A DNA stretch of 64,000 nt, from assembly GCF_009914755.1 (NCBI RefSeq), contig NC_060929.1, one strand, 5' to 3'. Shown in pieces: positions 24,850-38,320 of this stretch. Made by a program: the position numbers and the translations under genes. Below the pieces are notes generated by a model, which was not told the DNA's origin, ran no database searches, and saw only the letters and a list, made by a program, of their open reading frames with translations. Each line of letters begins with the position of its first letter. Within the stretch, counting starts at the first letter, position 1. The stretch comes from the human T2T-CHM13v2.0 reference genome, Homo sapiens.

Positions 24850-26130
24850 CAAAGGTCAAAAGAATATTTATACTCTTCAAGGAAGAAAGAAATATTAAAA
24901 ATATACATGTATCTGTTCATTTGGGCAAAATAAATACAGAAAGTATAAACCAGAAACTAATTAGACTGCTTACCAATGTGGATGGATGGTAACAAGGTGA
25001 AAAGAATGAGGGCATGAAAATGGGGCATAAGGATAAGTGGGGAGCAATACTTCTTCAAGTATACATTTTTATATAGCTTTAACTCTTAGAACCATGATAA
25101 TTTTTCACATATTAAAAAAATAGTTAAAATCCATCAGGATGGAGGTGGGATCCAAACTAGAATATAAAAATACAAATGAACTCTCACTGTATTACAATTG
25201 AATAGCTTAATCACACTAAAAGGGATTGAGAAAAAAATTAACTTTGGAAATAGCTTGAATTTCATATGAAAATTCATAATATTCATAACTTTTGATTGCA
25301 TACTAGAAGGCTAAAGACATAACTAATTTTACACAAATTTTGTACTCTAGCTTCTAAATTTGGTTCTTGTGGGGATATGGCAAGCAATTCTGAATCTACT
25401 TTGTGTATATACTAGAATTGGACTAATAAATATAGATAATGAAAGCACATTTTTCACTTTCAGGGAACAAGTTATAATAAAGAAAGGAGGAAGGAAAAGG
25501 GAAAGGGAAAAAAGCCTTGTGTTTGTTAGATTAGAATTAGAAATATCAAAATGAACTTATAGTTGTTAATATATACAGACAGATACAGAAATAAATATAG
25601 GTGTGTGTATGCATAAGTTAGCATACATACATATCTTTTCTGGCTATGTCCAGTGAGAGGGGCTAGATACTCCAGTAGCACTGAGCACATCTGGCACTCA
25701 GTTTATGGCTTCTATATATCATCCTCCAGCAGCAGGAACCAGAGCTCCTTTAAGAAATACGATAGTGGATTCTAGGGATGTGATAGGAAAAATATAAGAT
25801 GAGCCTGGAAAATATTGTGGTTTCAAAAGTAGGGAAGTATTTAAGAAAGGATGAGGACATGTTTGAAAGGACATTGGAAACACCTTGAAGATCCTTCCAA
25901 TATCCAATGCTGAAACAATTTGAACAAAAAACTTAGGAATGACAGGTTGCATTACAACCTGTAGAATAAAATAAATTATTTGTGAGTCCATACTTCCATA
26001 AATATATGATTGAATAAATAAAAAAAATGGAATAAATAAGTAAATGGGGAAAAGAGACAGATCTTTCTTATGATGGCAGTCTATTGATAAATGTAGAAGA
26101 AATGATAGAAATAGAAAGCACCACTAACCA
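24850..26130 (+). mobile_element. L1MC3/4-type 3' UTR fragment
   Basis: 'ccagtagcactgagcacatctggcactcag...aggaaccagagctcctt...atataagatgagcctggaa' typical of the L1MC 3' UTR. Confidence 0.65.
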
Positions 26131-27249
26131 GAGACTACATGTTTTCTAATTGTATTTTTCAGTATGTGTTCTGAATCATTGTTTTATTTTCTTTTCCATG
26201 GACTCCAATTATGCAATTGCTATATCTTATCTTTTCTTCTATACCTATCCTTAATTATCAACCTTTTTTAAACTCATTTTCCTTTTTGATTGTCTTTCTT
26301 ACTGCTACCTACTATTTCTCTTAACTGAAAGACTTACAGTGTCCTTTCTCCCATTTGCTCATTCAATATTGAATGGTTTTAATTTTTCTTATTTACTTTA
26401 TATTTCTTACTGAGCTCTGCCAGTTCACTTTTAATTTCCAATCTCACCATTCAATTCCTGAGACTCTGCATCTCTGCTTTCAAGTATTCCTTCAGAGGCA
26501 TAATTATATTCCTCATGGTTTAAAATTCATAATATGATGTCTGGTCATATTTTCTATCTACTCCATGGTAACACTTTCCTAGTGAGTGTTTTTTATCTAC
26601 TGGTGAGTTTTGTTGCTCTTCTCCATATTCCTTCCCATAGTATTTTTGTTTTTTTAAAAAAATTACTCATCATTACATTATTTGGATTTTCTTTGGACAG
26701 ATATTTGCACGAGGCACACTGTTGGGGTGTGGCAGATGTTCAGTGTAGCCTTCTTCTGCCATAAAGACAAGCTGTTTCCTGCAGAGATGGCCTATTTCTA
26801 TGACTATCTGCCCAGCTCTTTCTTCTCCCAAACTGATCCAGCTCTGCTTGCCTAAATTCTCACATGCACTGTTGCAAACACTTGTTTGCTCTTTGAGTGA
26901 GACCCTTACAATCGGATACCATATTTTTGTTGGCACTTTCTTTGAATTTCCACTGATGGGCCTTGTCAACATTCCCCATGTGTTGCCTCTTCACTTCCTT
27001 CCATGGGGTTTCTGATCTCAACTATTTTTTGCAGCTACTTTTTAGTGTCTGTAGATATAGCTTTCTTTTAGTTTCATTAAAAATAGAGTTTGTGGTGAGT
27101 TTTTCAATTTCCTTGTTGCTTTTTTTTTAAAAAAATGATTTTTTAGGAGAAAAACAAAAACAATGGCTTACTTTGTTTTGTTTACATTAGAATCATTTTT
27201 TTGTATCATAGAACTGTTTCTTAAAGTTAACACAGAGGTTTTTAAATAA

Positions 27250-27410
27250 GTTATTAGCTCTACATTACCTTGGGCAAATGGCTAAACCCTTGCAAGCTTC
27301 AGTTTCTTCATCTTTAAAATGGGGATAATATTAGTGGTGGTGAGGACTGAATGAGATAACATACGTGAAGTGTTTAACAGGATGTTTGACAAATAATAAG
27401 TAATCAATAA
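27250..27410 (+). mobile_element. MIR SINE
   Basis: 'accttgggcaaat...cttcagtttcttcatctttaaaatggggataata'. Confidence 0.85.
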
Positions 27411-27652
27411 TTATAGTTTATGAGGCAAACTGGCCAAAAATACATTTCTATCTGGGATTTGGCATTACTATTTGAGAAGTCTGGGTCTTGGTAAGTTTGA
27501 CTTAATTTCTCAAGATTTATAGTGTTGAATCCTTAACATTTATTTATGCCTATAATAAAAGAAAAGAAACCAACAAATCATGTATTTGCACATTTTCTGA
27601 GTGTGGTAGACTTGTCAAATGTAAGATAGCTGATAATAGACAGCCTGGATGT

Positions 27653-27947
27653 GGCCGGTCATGGTGGCTCATGCCTGTAATCCCAGCACTTTGAGAGGTT
27701 GAGAGGCCGAGGCAGGTGGATCACTTGAGCTCAGGAATTCTAGAGCAGCCTGGGCAACATGGCAAAACCCCGTCTCTACCAAAAATACAAAAAATTAGCC
27801 AGGCGTGGTGGTGCATACCCATGGTCTGAGCTACTCGGCAGGCTGAGGTGGGAGGATCGGTTGAGTTCAGGAGGTAGAGGTTACAGTGAGCTGAGATCAC
27901 GCCACTACACTCCAGCCAGGGTGACAGAATGAGATCCCATCAAGAAG
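27653..27947 (+). mobile_element. AluJ-type, tail almost absent, 15-bp TSD
   Basis: TSD agacagcctggatgt (27638) / agagagcctggatat (27948). J-type diagnostics 'gaggtgggaggatcg' and 'cttgagctcagga'. Confidence 0.93.
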
Positions 27948-28005
27948 AGAGAGCCTGGATATGAAGAAAAGCTTTGTTTGGTAGAGCAGACACCCTAATT
28001 TCGGG

Positions 28006-28165
28006 CAGTGGTGTTTAACCAGGGAGGGACTCTCCCAAAGAGTTTTTACAAAAGACACATGACCTTGCTACGCTCACGATCTACAGAGTTAGAATCAGTG
28101 GGTGATGCGGGCATGTGCAGGCTGCAGAAGCTCCCCTGGTGACTCAGATGTGCATCAAAGGTTTA
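28006..28165. mobile_element. MER5-like hAT-Charlie MITE
   Basis: 'cagtggtgtttaacc...agaagctcccctggtgactcagatgtgca...aaggttt'. Confidence 0.55.
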
Positions 28166-30449
28166 TGGCCTCATCAGCTTCTACTGGAATAACTGCAACA
28201 ATGTCTTGACTGCATTTGACTGGCATAGGTTCCTCTCCAGTTTATTCCATACCCAGTTATTCAATAAGCTTACTCAGATTCTATTTTCTTAATCAAATGG
28301 CATATGCTATCTTGTACTGCACCTTGGGTTAAAGCATAGAAAGAAGGCCTTTAACAATAACTTTTTGCATACTTGACATTGAACATATAACTTAAACTTG
28401 AAGCCTTGGTTTTCTCATGGTTTTGTGCATCTGTCCTTTTTCATTAGTGAGACTGTACAGTAATAGGACTATTTCTTATACTTCTCTGAATCCCTTAGGA
28501 TCCTCAATCAGGATCAAACCCTAAAATGGTAGTGTTAAAGATGATCAGGCATAAAGGAAAAAAAGAGAAAGAGAGGCTTCCACTGAACATATTCACATAT
28601 AGTTTTGATAGTTTGCTTCTTTTGCTGTTGATAACAAATATATCTCCAGTTAGGGTAGGAAGAAGGGGAGAGTTTTATTACTTTAATTTGTTTGCAATAA
28701 TTCTGTGCACATCTAACACTGTCAGTTGTTCCTACTAGGTGCTCAGTAATTGCTTGCAGAATTGAAATGTTCAGTATAAATGGATCATAACAGGGGAAAT
28801 GGAAAACAAAGCAAAACCAAATCTCTTTCTTTTAACCATGAGTTTTTTCTTATCACTATGTGAGTGGGGAGCTTTTCCACATTAAGATCCCATGCCTGCC
28901 AGTTTGTATAAGACAAAGATCCTGTCCTCCAGCTAGTTATAAAGAACATGAAATAAAACTGGATCCTTTGTGAGCATCAGACCTTAGGTTTATTTTTGTT
29001 CTAGATTTTAGATCCACTTTATGACCCAGAATATGCTTATTAGAATGGGCAAAGGGCTTACTTTCAGTTCCATAAACTCTTATTGCCATTTATTATACAT
29101 TTTATTATTAATTACATATTTATGCTAAAAGACCCATTCTGTAAACAAATTCGGCTTTTGATTTTAAAAATTCAATTGAGGTGAGTAAATTCACAGGGAA
29201 CTTTCTGCTCTGTCCCTCACTCAATTATTAATAACCAGTGTAATCATTGCGATGTGTTTCAATGTCTGGTTTGGGCTCTTACTATATGAATCTTTCAATT
29301 CAAAACTAGATTCTTATTTTTACTTTCTCTTCTTTAAAATGAAGAAGCCATATCTTTGCAATACATTTTTATTTCCTTTATTCAGGGATAGAGAACACCA
29401 GCTGTGTTTAGCTTTCCCAAGGTTCAAAATCTTACCTGGGGTGTAAAGAAATAGAGCAGTATCTTGGTCTCCGGATGAGATGATTACTGAAGCTATCACA
29501 TGCTGGCACTGTAAGCATCCCCAGCTACAACATTTATTGATGCAAAGAATAAAAAGCAATACTGGGAAAAACTAGGGTGATCAAAAATCTCTTTGGTTCA
29601 TGGATTAGGTAGTGTCAGACATCTCATTTTGAAAAGAACTGCTGTCTGGATTGAGAGAGTGTGCCGTTTTATTCATATGATGGATTTGGGGTTCTGGGAT
29701 GTGTGTGTATTTAATTTTACAAGAAGTGGTCTGATCAGAAAAGGGCTTCTCATTATGTTAAAGGCAACACATGTTTTGTGAGAGCAGGGAAGGAAGGTAC
29801 AGATGGATCACATGGTTAATTCAGCTAAGTGGCCAAATCAGTGCTCAGTGGCATCTTTTGAAGGCAACCAGTTTGAAAGTAGAAAGTGACTTGTCCGTTT
29901 AAAAAGCAGGGATGGGCAGTGAGAAAGTTCTTTGGAAATGAAATCTGTTTAATATGGCGTAAAAGCATTAAAGATAATAAAATAACAATGCTGTTTCCAT
30001 AGACCGACTCTTTTGCTAAGCAAACACCAAAACATCATTCAATTTCCCAGATGCAAGGACTAGTTTTCAAAAGATGGATTCATGTTACCCTGGAAAGCTC
30101 CCAAGCAAATAATGTCTCTTTATTGGAAGCAAATGAAGAAAAAAGAGGATCTGTGGGGGAGTGGAAGCTACGTAATTGTATTAAAACATAAACTCAGCAG
30201 TTCAGATAGGGATTCGGGGGAGAGATAGTTGCCCTGGCTTTGGGAGGAGAGAAGCAAGCTGTGATTAGAACAACTTGATAGGGGAACCTTATTCGTGAAT
30301 GAGAAGATGCTGGGGAAAGACACAGACCCTCAAGTCGAGAATTCATCCAGGATTGTATTTAAACTAGTTTTTCTGCACTCTGGGGACCCAAAAGACTTTG
30401 GTGTTTGCCTATCTGGCAGGGGAAGCAGAAGAGCAATAATTTTTAACAA

Positions 30450-30670
30450 TTCAGACACTAGGCCCTGGAAGCCTTGGATTTAAATTACGACTCTACTCTC
30501 TAATAGTTGGGTGACATTGGACAATTCACTCAACCTCTCTGGTTTTGTTTTCTTGTTTTTAAATGAGGATAGAAACTAGTATATATTTCATAAAGTTTGA
30601 GGAAAGATGGAAAACACGAATATGTACAAAGCATTTAGCAAATTGCTTAGCATATAGTTAGAATAGATAA
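30450..30670 (+). mobile_element. MIR SINE
   Basis: 'ggatttaaattacgactctactctctaatagttgggtgacattggacaattcactcaacctctctg'. Confidence 0.75.
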
Positions 30671-30847
30671 ATCTGAGTTCTATGATATACTGCTATTATA
30701 AAATAGTGGTTATAATAATAACATTGAAGTGAAGATTTAAGCTTCAGAGTCTTCCTTGATTAAAATGACTAACTCCACTAAACAGTTTTCTCTTGTATAT
30801 TCACTAAATGTTTCTATACTTGAGTTCCCCAAGAAGGACTTATATCA

Positions 30848-31720
<873 letters not shown>

Positions 31721-31917
31721 GGGCAAGAGAAAATCCTGACGTTTCAATGGAAACCCTGGTCTACATTTTTTCATGCCATTTTACTTTTAGTCATTCCATT
31801 TTACCCTCACAACATGTCTAAGACATAGAAATGGACAGGTGTCTCTCCCCTTCGGTAGCCAAGGAAACAGCCTCAGAGAGAGCCTCCTCCCTGGTCACAT
31901 GCCAAGTTTCATTTTAC

Positions 31918-32350
31918 CAGCCAGCCTGGTGACAAAAAGCATCTCTTCCTTTCTCCTCCCAACACAACCTCTTTCCTCAAGTTTAATTGATGGGATGTTG
32001 ACTCGGATATCGTTCAAGGAGAACAATTTATAGTATAGCGCAAGTCCTTTAGGAAGAAAGGTGATAGGATATGGACCCCTACAGCTTCCAAATTGCCTGA
32101 TTCCGTGAAGCTCAACATGCCTTGACCTGCCTTCTCCAATCGGAAGCTGCAGTTGGGGCTGTTCTCCTTGAAACCCATTGAGGAAGCCATGAGAGGTTAT
32201 CTCGACGATTCCCTCAAATCTTCGTCTGTGCCGCAAGGAAACTGTTACAAACAGAATTTGAAAAAGGTCCAAGTGTAGCAGTACATTGAACACAGATATC
32301 AAAACGTCCCAAAATGCCTCTTTGAGGAAATAGTATTTAATCGGAGAACA
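31918..32350 (-). other. Unique CpG-retaining segment; candidate exon or regulatory element of unknown function
   Basis: About 10 CpGs between 32000 and 32345 in non-repeat DNA. An uninterrupted minus-strand frame spans 31895-32416. AG acceptor at 32243-32242 and GT donor at 31917-31916. Confidence 0.35.
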
Positions 32351-32515
32351 ATTCATGGGTCTCAATAGGCCCAGATAGCCATAAGAATATACATACATAC
32401 ATATGTATCCACACACATATGCAAATGAGGAATGAAAAACAAAAATAGGACCATGCCCAGCTTGAGATTTTTCCAGCCAGCAGAATACTCTGCATTTTCT
32501 TTACCATTTGAATGA

Positions 32516-32815
<300 letters not shown>

Positions 32816-33039
32816 ATCTCTCTTGTTTTTTTATCCTTAGGAAAGGCCAATGGATTCATGAACAATGATAAAATCCTGAGAACTAGTGAGTGCAAATAAG
32901 CAGAAAATAATTGGTTAAAGAGTCATTTTTTAAAATGACAACCTTCTGGTTTAGGAGGATGTTACATTAGTTACAGGGAATAAGGATGTTCTTTCCAGAT
33001 ATAACTGCTAACTAGGGTGACTATATAAGTCATTGTTAA

Positions 33040-34844
33040 CTTTTGAAAAACTAATTTATATTTTGAAATAATTTTAGAGTTACAGAAGAGTTACCAAAAT
33101 AGTAAATATAGCCTTCATGTAGTATACACTTATGCTGACAGCTTATTTTTCGTTCAATACTGTTAACCTAAGTATATAGGACGTATCTGGATTTTACTAA
33201 TTTTTCCAATAATGTTCTTTTTCTGTTCCAGGATCCCATGTTACCTTTAGTTTTACGTTTCCTTATTCACTTCCATTCTGTGACAGCTCCTTCATCTTTC
33301 CTTGTCTGTCATGACCTTAACACTTTTGAAAAGCACTTGTTGGTTATTCTGTAGAATGCTCTGCAATTTGGGTTTGTCTGAGGTTTTTCCCTTGATTATA
33401 TAGAGGTTATGCATTGTTGAGAAGGCTACAACAGAGAAGATGTGCCCTAGGGGACATGCAACATCAATATATGTTACTAGCAATATTAGCCCTGATCACT
33501 TAGCTAACATTGATCACCTGGCTGTCTGCCTGGACTCTCTACTGTAAATTTACTATTTATTCCCTCTAAAATTACTAAATATTTTTGGGAATATACTCTG
33601 AGTTCATGCAGATATTTTATTTCTGTGTAAACTTTCACTCACCAACTTAATTATCCATTGGTGGGTCTTGCCTGCAACAATTATTATGGTGAAGTTCTAA
33701 CGGTGATCTTCTATTTCTCTCATTCTTTTTACATTATTAATTAGAATTCTGTAAGAAAACGTAGTCATTTCTCACTTATTTATTCAGTTATTTATTCAGT
33801 ATTAGCTCCTGTTTTGTTTTTGTTCTTTGGATTATAATCCACTATTATAATTATTTATTTTGTTGCTGGATTGTTTCAATTTTAGCCATTGGTAGTGTTT
33901 TCAGGTTGCCTCCTGTGTCCTTTCAATATGCCTCCATTAAAAGAAAAATTTTTAAGAACTTCCTTACTTTCTTGCACCACAAGATACTTCAGGTTCAATG
34001 TGTATTTTCCCCTACCCCAACCCAGAAAGTATTGCAGTTCTTCAAGGAGCCTGGTTCCTTTTACTAGAGAATTTAAAAAGCCAAGGTCTGGGTACAAGGT
34101 ATAATTATGGCTACTGAACTGTCACTGTTTCTAGGTTCCCTCAGTGGATATTGTTAGGAAATATATATATTAGTATGTGTACAAACTCATGCATACATAC
34201 ATACACATCTATATTTATTTCCCTAGCCTTTACCTGTATCTATCTATTCATTCCATAGAATTTCTAACCCATACCCTTGTGTTAAACAAATTTACCAGCC
34301 AGAGTACAATATTTGTTTAGGTTTTTCTGACTTTAGCTTAACAGTATCCACTCAAAGCATTCTGCCTAAAGAATATCTTTTAACATTTCTAGTAAACAGA
34401 TATGCTCCAATAAAGTTCAGTTTTTGTTTGCTCAGAAAGTCTTTATTTCTCATTCATTGTTAAAAGGTATTTTCTGTAGATATAGAATTCTGGGATGACA
34501 GTTGTTTTTCTATCAGTGCTGTACTGTGCCTTAAAAATATCACTCCATTGTCTTCTGGCTAGCATGATATAATGTGAGACATTTTCTGTAATTCTTACCT
34601 TTGTTCCTCTGTATGTAATGTCTTATTTTCTCTAGTTATCTTTAACATTTTCTCTTTTTTTGTTTACAGCAATTTAAATATTAAGTTCCTAGATAAGTGA
34701 GATTTAAAAAAAAATAATTTTCAGCCATTATTTCTTCAAATATTTCTTCTCTTCCATTGTCTTTTTCTTCCCCTTCCTGGGATTCCAATTATGTGTATTT
34801 TAGAGTGATTTGCATTGTCTCACAGATCTTGAATGTTTGGTTCT

Positions 34845-34886
<42 letters not shown>

Positions 34887-36000
34887 TCAATAAATAGACT
34901 TCTTCTCTGGACGTTTTCACTGTGTGTGTGTGTTTTTTTCCTCATTTATTTTTGTCTTTTTGTTTCAATTTGGGTAATCCTATTGACCTGTCTTCCAGTT
35001 CACCAATTCTTTCAGCAGCTGTGTTGTCTGCTTTTGAATCTGCTGAAGGCATTCTTAGCTGCTCCTCCTGTGTTTTCCATTTATGCTATTTTTACTTGAT
35101 TCTTTCATGTAGTTTCATTTCTCTACTGAAGTTACTCATCTCATTTTGCATGCTCTCCACCTTTTACTTTAGAGCTTTTAGCATATTAATCACTGCTCTT
35201 TTTAATTCTCTGTCAGCTATTGCCAACACTTGTGTCATTTCTGAGTCTGGTTTTGATGATTGCTCTTTTACTTCTGAATGTGGTTTTCTTGCCTTCTTGC
35301 ATGCTTTGTGTTTTGGTTTTTTATTGTCATTTGAAAACTGGACATCTTGTGTAGTACAGTAGAGACTGAAATAAGTAGATTTTTAAACTTACACTGGGCA
35401 TGTCTTTTCCTCTGCCAGGCTTTAAGTATGGGAGTTTGAGTTATATTAGGGATTTGGCTGCATTTAGATTTTTTGTTGTTTTTGTTACTGTGGTTACCCT
35501 CAGAGTGTCATGGGCTTTAAATTATTGTAGATATACCTGTGGTTGCAGTACAAAAACAGAGAAATTTGTGTTTGATTCTGAATTTTAGGTCTTCCCTTTG
35601 TGCCTCATAAAGCATTTTTTTCACATGCTTATTTCTCCCCTGTTCTTTTCAAAACAGCAGTATCCTTCTCTTATATGTTATCTGAAGCATACCAGCTTAG
35701 TGACGATTGAATGTGGGGATGTGATCTCAATTGTTCTCTTGAATACTCAGTCATAAACATAAACCCTATTCCAGGATCTTATGTGTGTGGATGGATGGTT
35801 CTCTTCCCTATGTAAGCATGTGCTCACATCTCTCCTCTCACTGTCTCTCTAGATTTTGGGCAAGACTTTGACACTTTCGCTCTCCAGTGGATTTTTTAAA
35901 CTTCATGAATTTGAAGTTAGTCTGGCTCTTTTATTTTAATTTTTGTAACTGTGAGCAGCACTCCTAGCTCTCTACATCCTGGGATAGAAGCTGGAAATTC
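33040..36000 (-). mobile_element. Old L1 (L1MC4-type 3' UTR plus L1M 5'/ORF1 remnants)
   Basis: 'taatttatattttgaaataattttagagttacagaagagtt' reverse L1MC 3' end, and 'ttcaaggagcctggttccttttactaga'. Confidence 0.75.
34847..34882. repeat. poly(T) homopolymer, 36 nt
   Basis: Directly visible. Confidence 0.95.
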
Positions 36001-36372
36001 ATTCAACCACTTTTGAGGGTGAAAGAGGCTCTTTTAAATAAGTATGCTAGGACCACATTTGTGAAGCAGGATTGCCCCCAGGCAAGCTGGAATGTATGGT
36101 CACTGCATAGGTAACTCTCATGAGGCAAAGGTGGCCTTCACTAGGTCTAGACAGCACGGCTTTTTGAGGAACTGAGTAAGCAAGAAGGAGATTTATATGT
36201 TAATTCTAGTTAAATCCAGAGGCTGGAACATACTTTGTGCTCAGTATGTATTTGCTGAATGAAAGAAAATTAATATGAAAATAATCTAAGTCACATAAAA
36301 CTCCATGAAGAGCAAAGACCAACATTTTCTTCAAAATGCTTGATTTTTTAAACTAGATTTTCCCCTCTTTCC

Positions 36373-36416
36373 TCACACACACACAAATATATACACACAT
36401 ACACACTCACACACAC
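36373..36416. repeat. Imperfect (CA)n/(TA)n microsatellite
   Basis: Directly visible. Confidence 0.8.
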
Positions 36417-37271
36417 TTCATGCTGTCTAAGATAATTTCCTCAGATCAATCCTTATTTCACGCACTTTTGTGGCTGAGTAAATCCTTCTATCAGTGCTAG
36501 GGTAAAGATCTTTCTCTTTCTCTTCCTTCTCTTTCTCTCCCTGGATTTCACTGCTTGAGTCTCACACTGATAGCCTGGTTTCTTCTAGAAACAAAGTAAC
36601 TCCATTATTTTATCCCTTGCAACTCTCTCAGAGGGAACCCAAAGGGCTGGCCTGTCCTTCTAGTGCCATAAATTGCAGAGACTTAGCCTTAGCAACATGG
36701 CCGGTTAATTGTGCTCGCACAAAACCCAGTATGGATCTGAGGCCGGAACAGTTCTGCTCTGTGTTATTGTTCCCCCACCCTGCAGAACCACAGAGTCACA
36801 GCATCTGAGGCTTGGAAGAAATCTTAAAAACCAAACATACAATGATCCTCAGCTTTCACTCTGTCACAACACACAGGAGGGATAATGTAGACAATGATAA
36901 GAACCTCCCATGGATGTAGGTCAGGCAAGTTTACTAACTATAAAAATAATATGGTTTCTGGGTATATGCGATTTTAAAATTTTAATTATCTGAGCTATTC
37001 CATACCAATCCAATAGTTTCTATTGCTTGTAATCAAGGAACTAATACAGATCCACTTTAATTTATATGATTTTAAAATTAATCAAAAAATGTTCTCTATT
37101 AGTAGTAATAAATTACCTGTGATAGCCCATATGAGTGATTATGGACCTAGCAATGTATCAAGAAGCAAAGTTGAAAACTTCTTAACTAATCTAACTCTTC
37201 ACCTGAGATTTGAGACTTCTTTATATTTCTGCCAAGTAGTTATTCATTGTCCACTTGCGTCACTCCAGTAA

Positions 37272-37615
<344 letters not shown>

Positions 37616-38119
37616 GAAAACTCTAATTATTAATAAGCTCATTCAAGTGGAGTTGAAATTTATTTCTCCATGATTGCTTTTATTGTGTATCCTTAGGTCC
37701 TATAGCAAGTATCTGTGAAGAAGTCTTTGCATATGGCAGACATTAGCTCTTTCCCTGTGGTCTTAGCCAAACCTCTGATGATACCACGGGACTTGGTCTA
37801 TTACTAATTTTTAAAGTGGATTTTGCTTAATGATTTGGGTTGATTAGCTTTCTAGAAGCAGAAGCAAAAAAGAACATTTTGGATCATGTCCAACCAAGAG
37901 AAGTGTCTGGAGCTAGTCCACTGGGAGAACTTAGAAGTAAGGAAAGCACAGAGAAGGTGCCCTTTGCCCTCTCTAAATATCACCAAATTCCAGTCTCACT
38001 CAAAGGGGCAGTAGATTCTGAGAAAGGAAAGTTATCTCTATGAAAATTTATGCTGATCCTCAGTATGAGGGAAAACAAAATTATTTTCTGGGCACAGCAA
38101 GAGTTTATAGGTAGAACAG

Positions 38120-38320
38120 TAGAGTACTTAAGAAACTGGATTTCAAAAAGAGACTACCTGGGATCAAATCACAGCTCTGCCACTTACTAGTCATGTGATT
38201 TGCAGCAAATTCTTTAATCTCTGTAAACATTAGCTTTTTCATCTGTAAATTGGGAATAATTAATAATAGTACCTACGTCATAGGGTTATTTTAATAATTA
38301 AATGTGATAAGGCATGCATA
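38120..38320 (+). mobile_element. MIR SINE
   Basis: 'cagctctgccacttactagtcatgtga...catctgtaaattgggaataat...agtacctac'. Confidence 0.85.

Larger units (their letters stand above)
33013..36110 (+). mobile_element. MER94-like hAT MITE split in two by L1 sequence (33013-33037 and ~36003-36110)
   Basis: Left end 'tagggtgactatataa'. Right part 'cacttttgagggtgaaagagg...caggcaagctggaatgtatggtcac' follows the MER94 consensus as I recall it. Confidence 0.6.

Noticed and set aside
34847-34900. T36 tract as the tail of a minus-strand retrocopy
   Set aside because: No minus-strand AATAAA or element body next to it and no TSD. It looks like a homopolymer expansion inside old L1.
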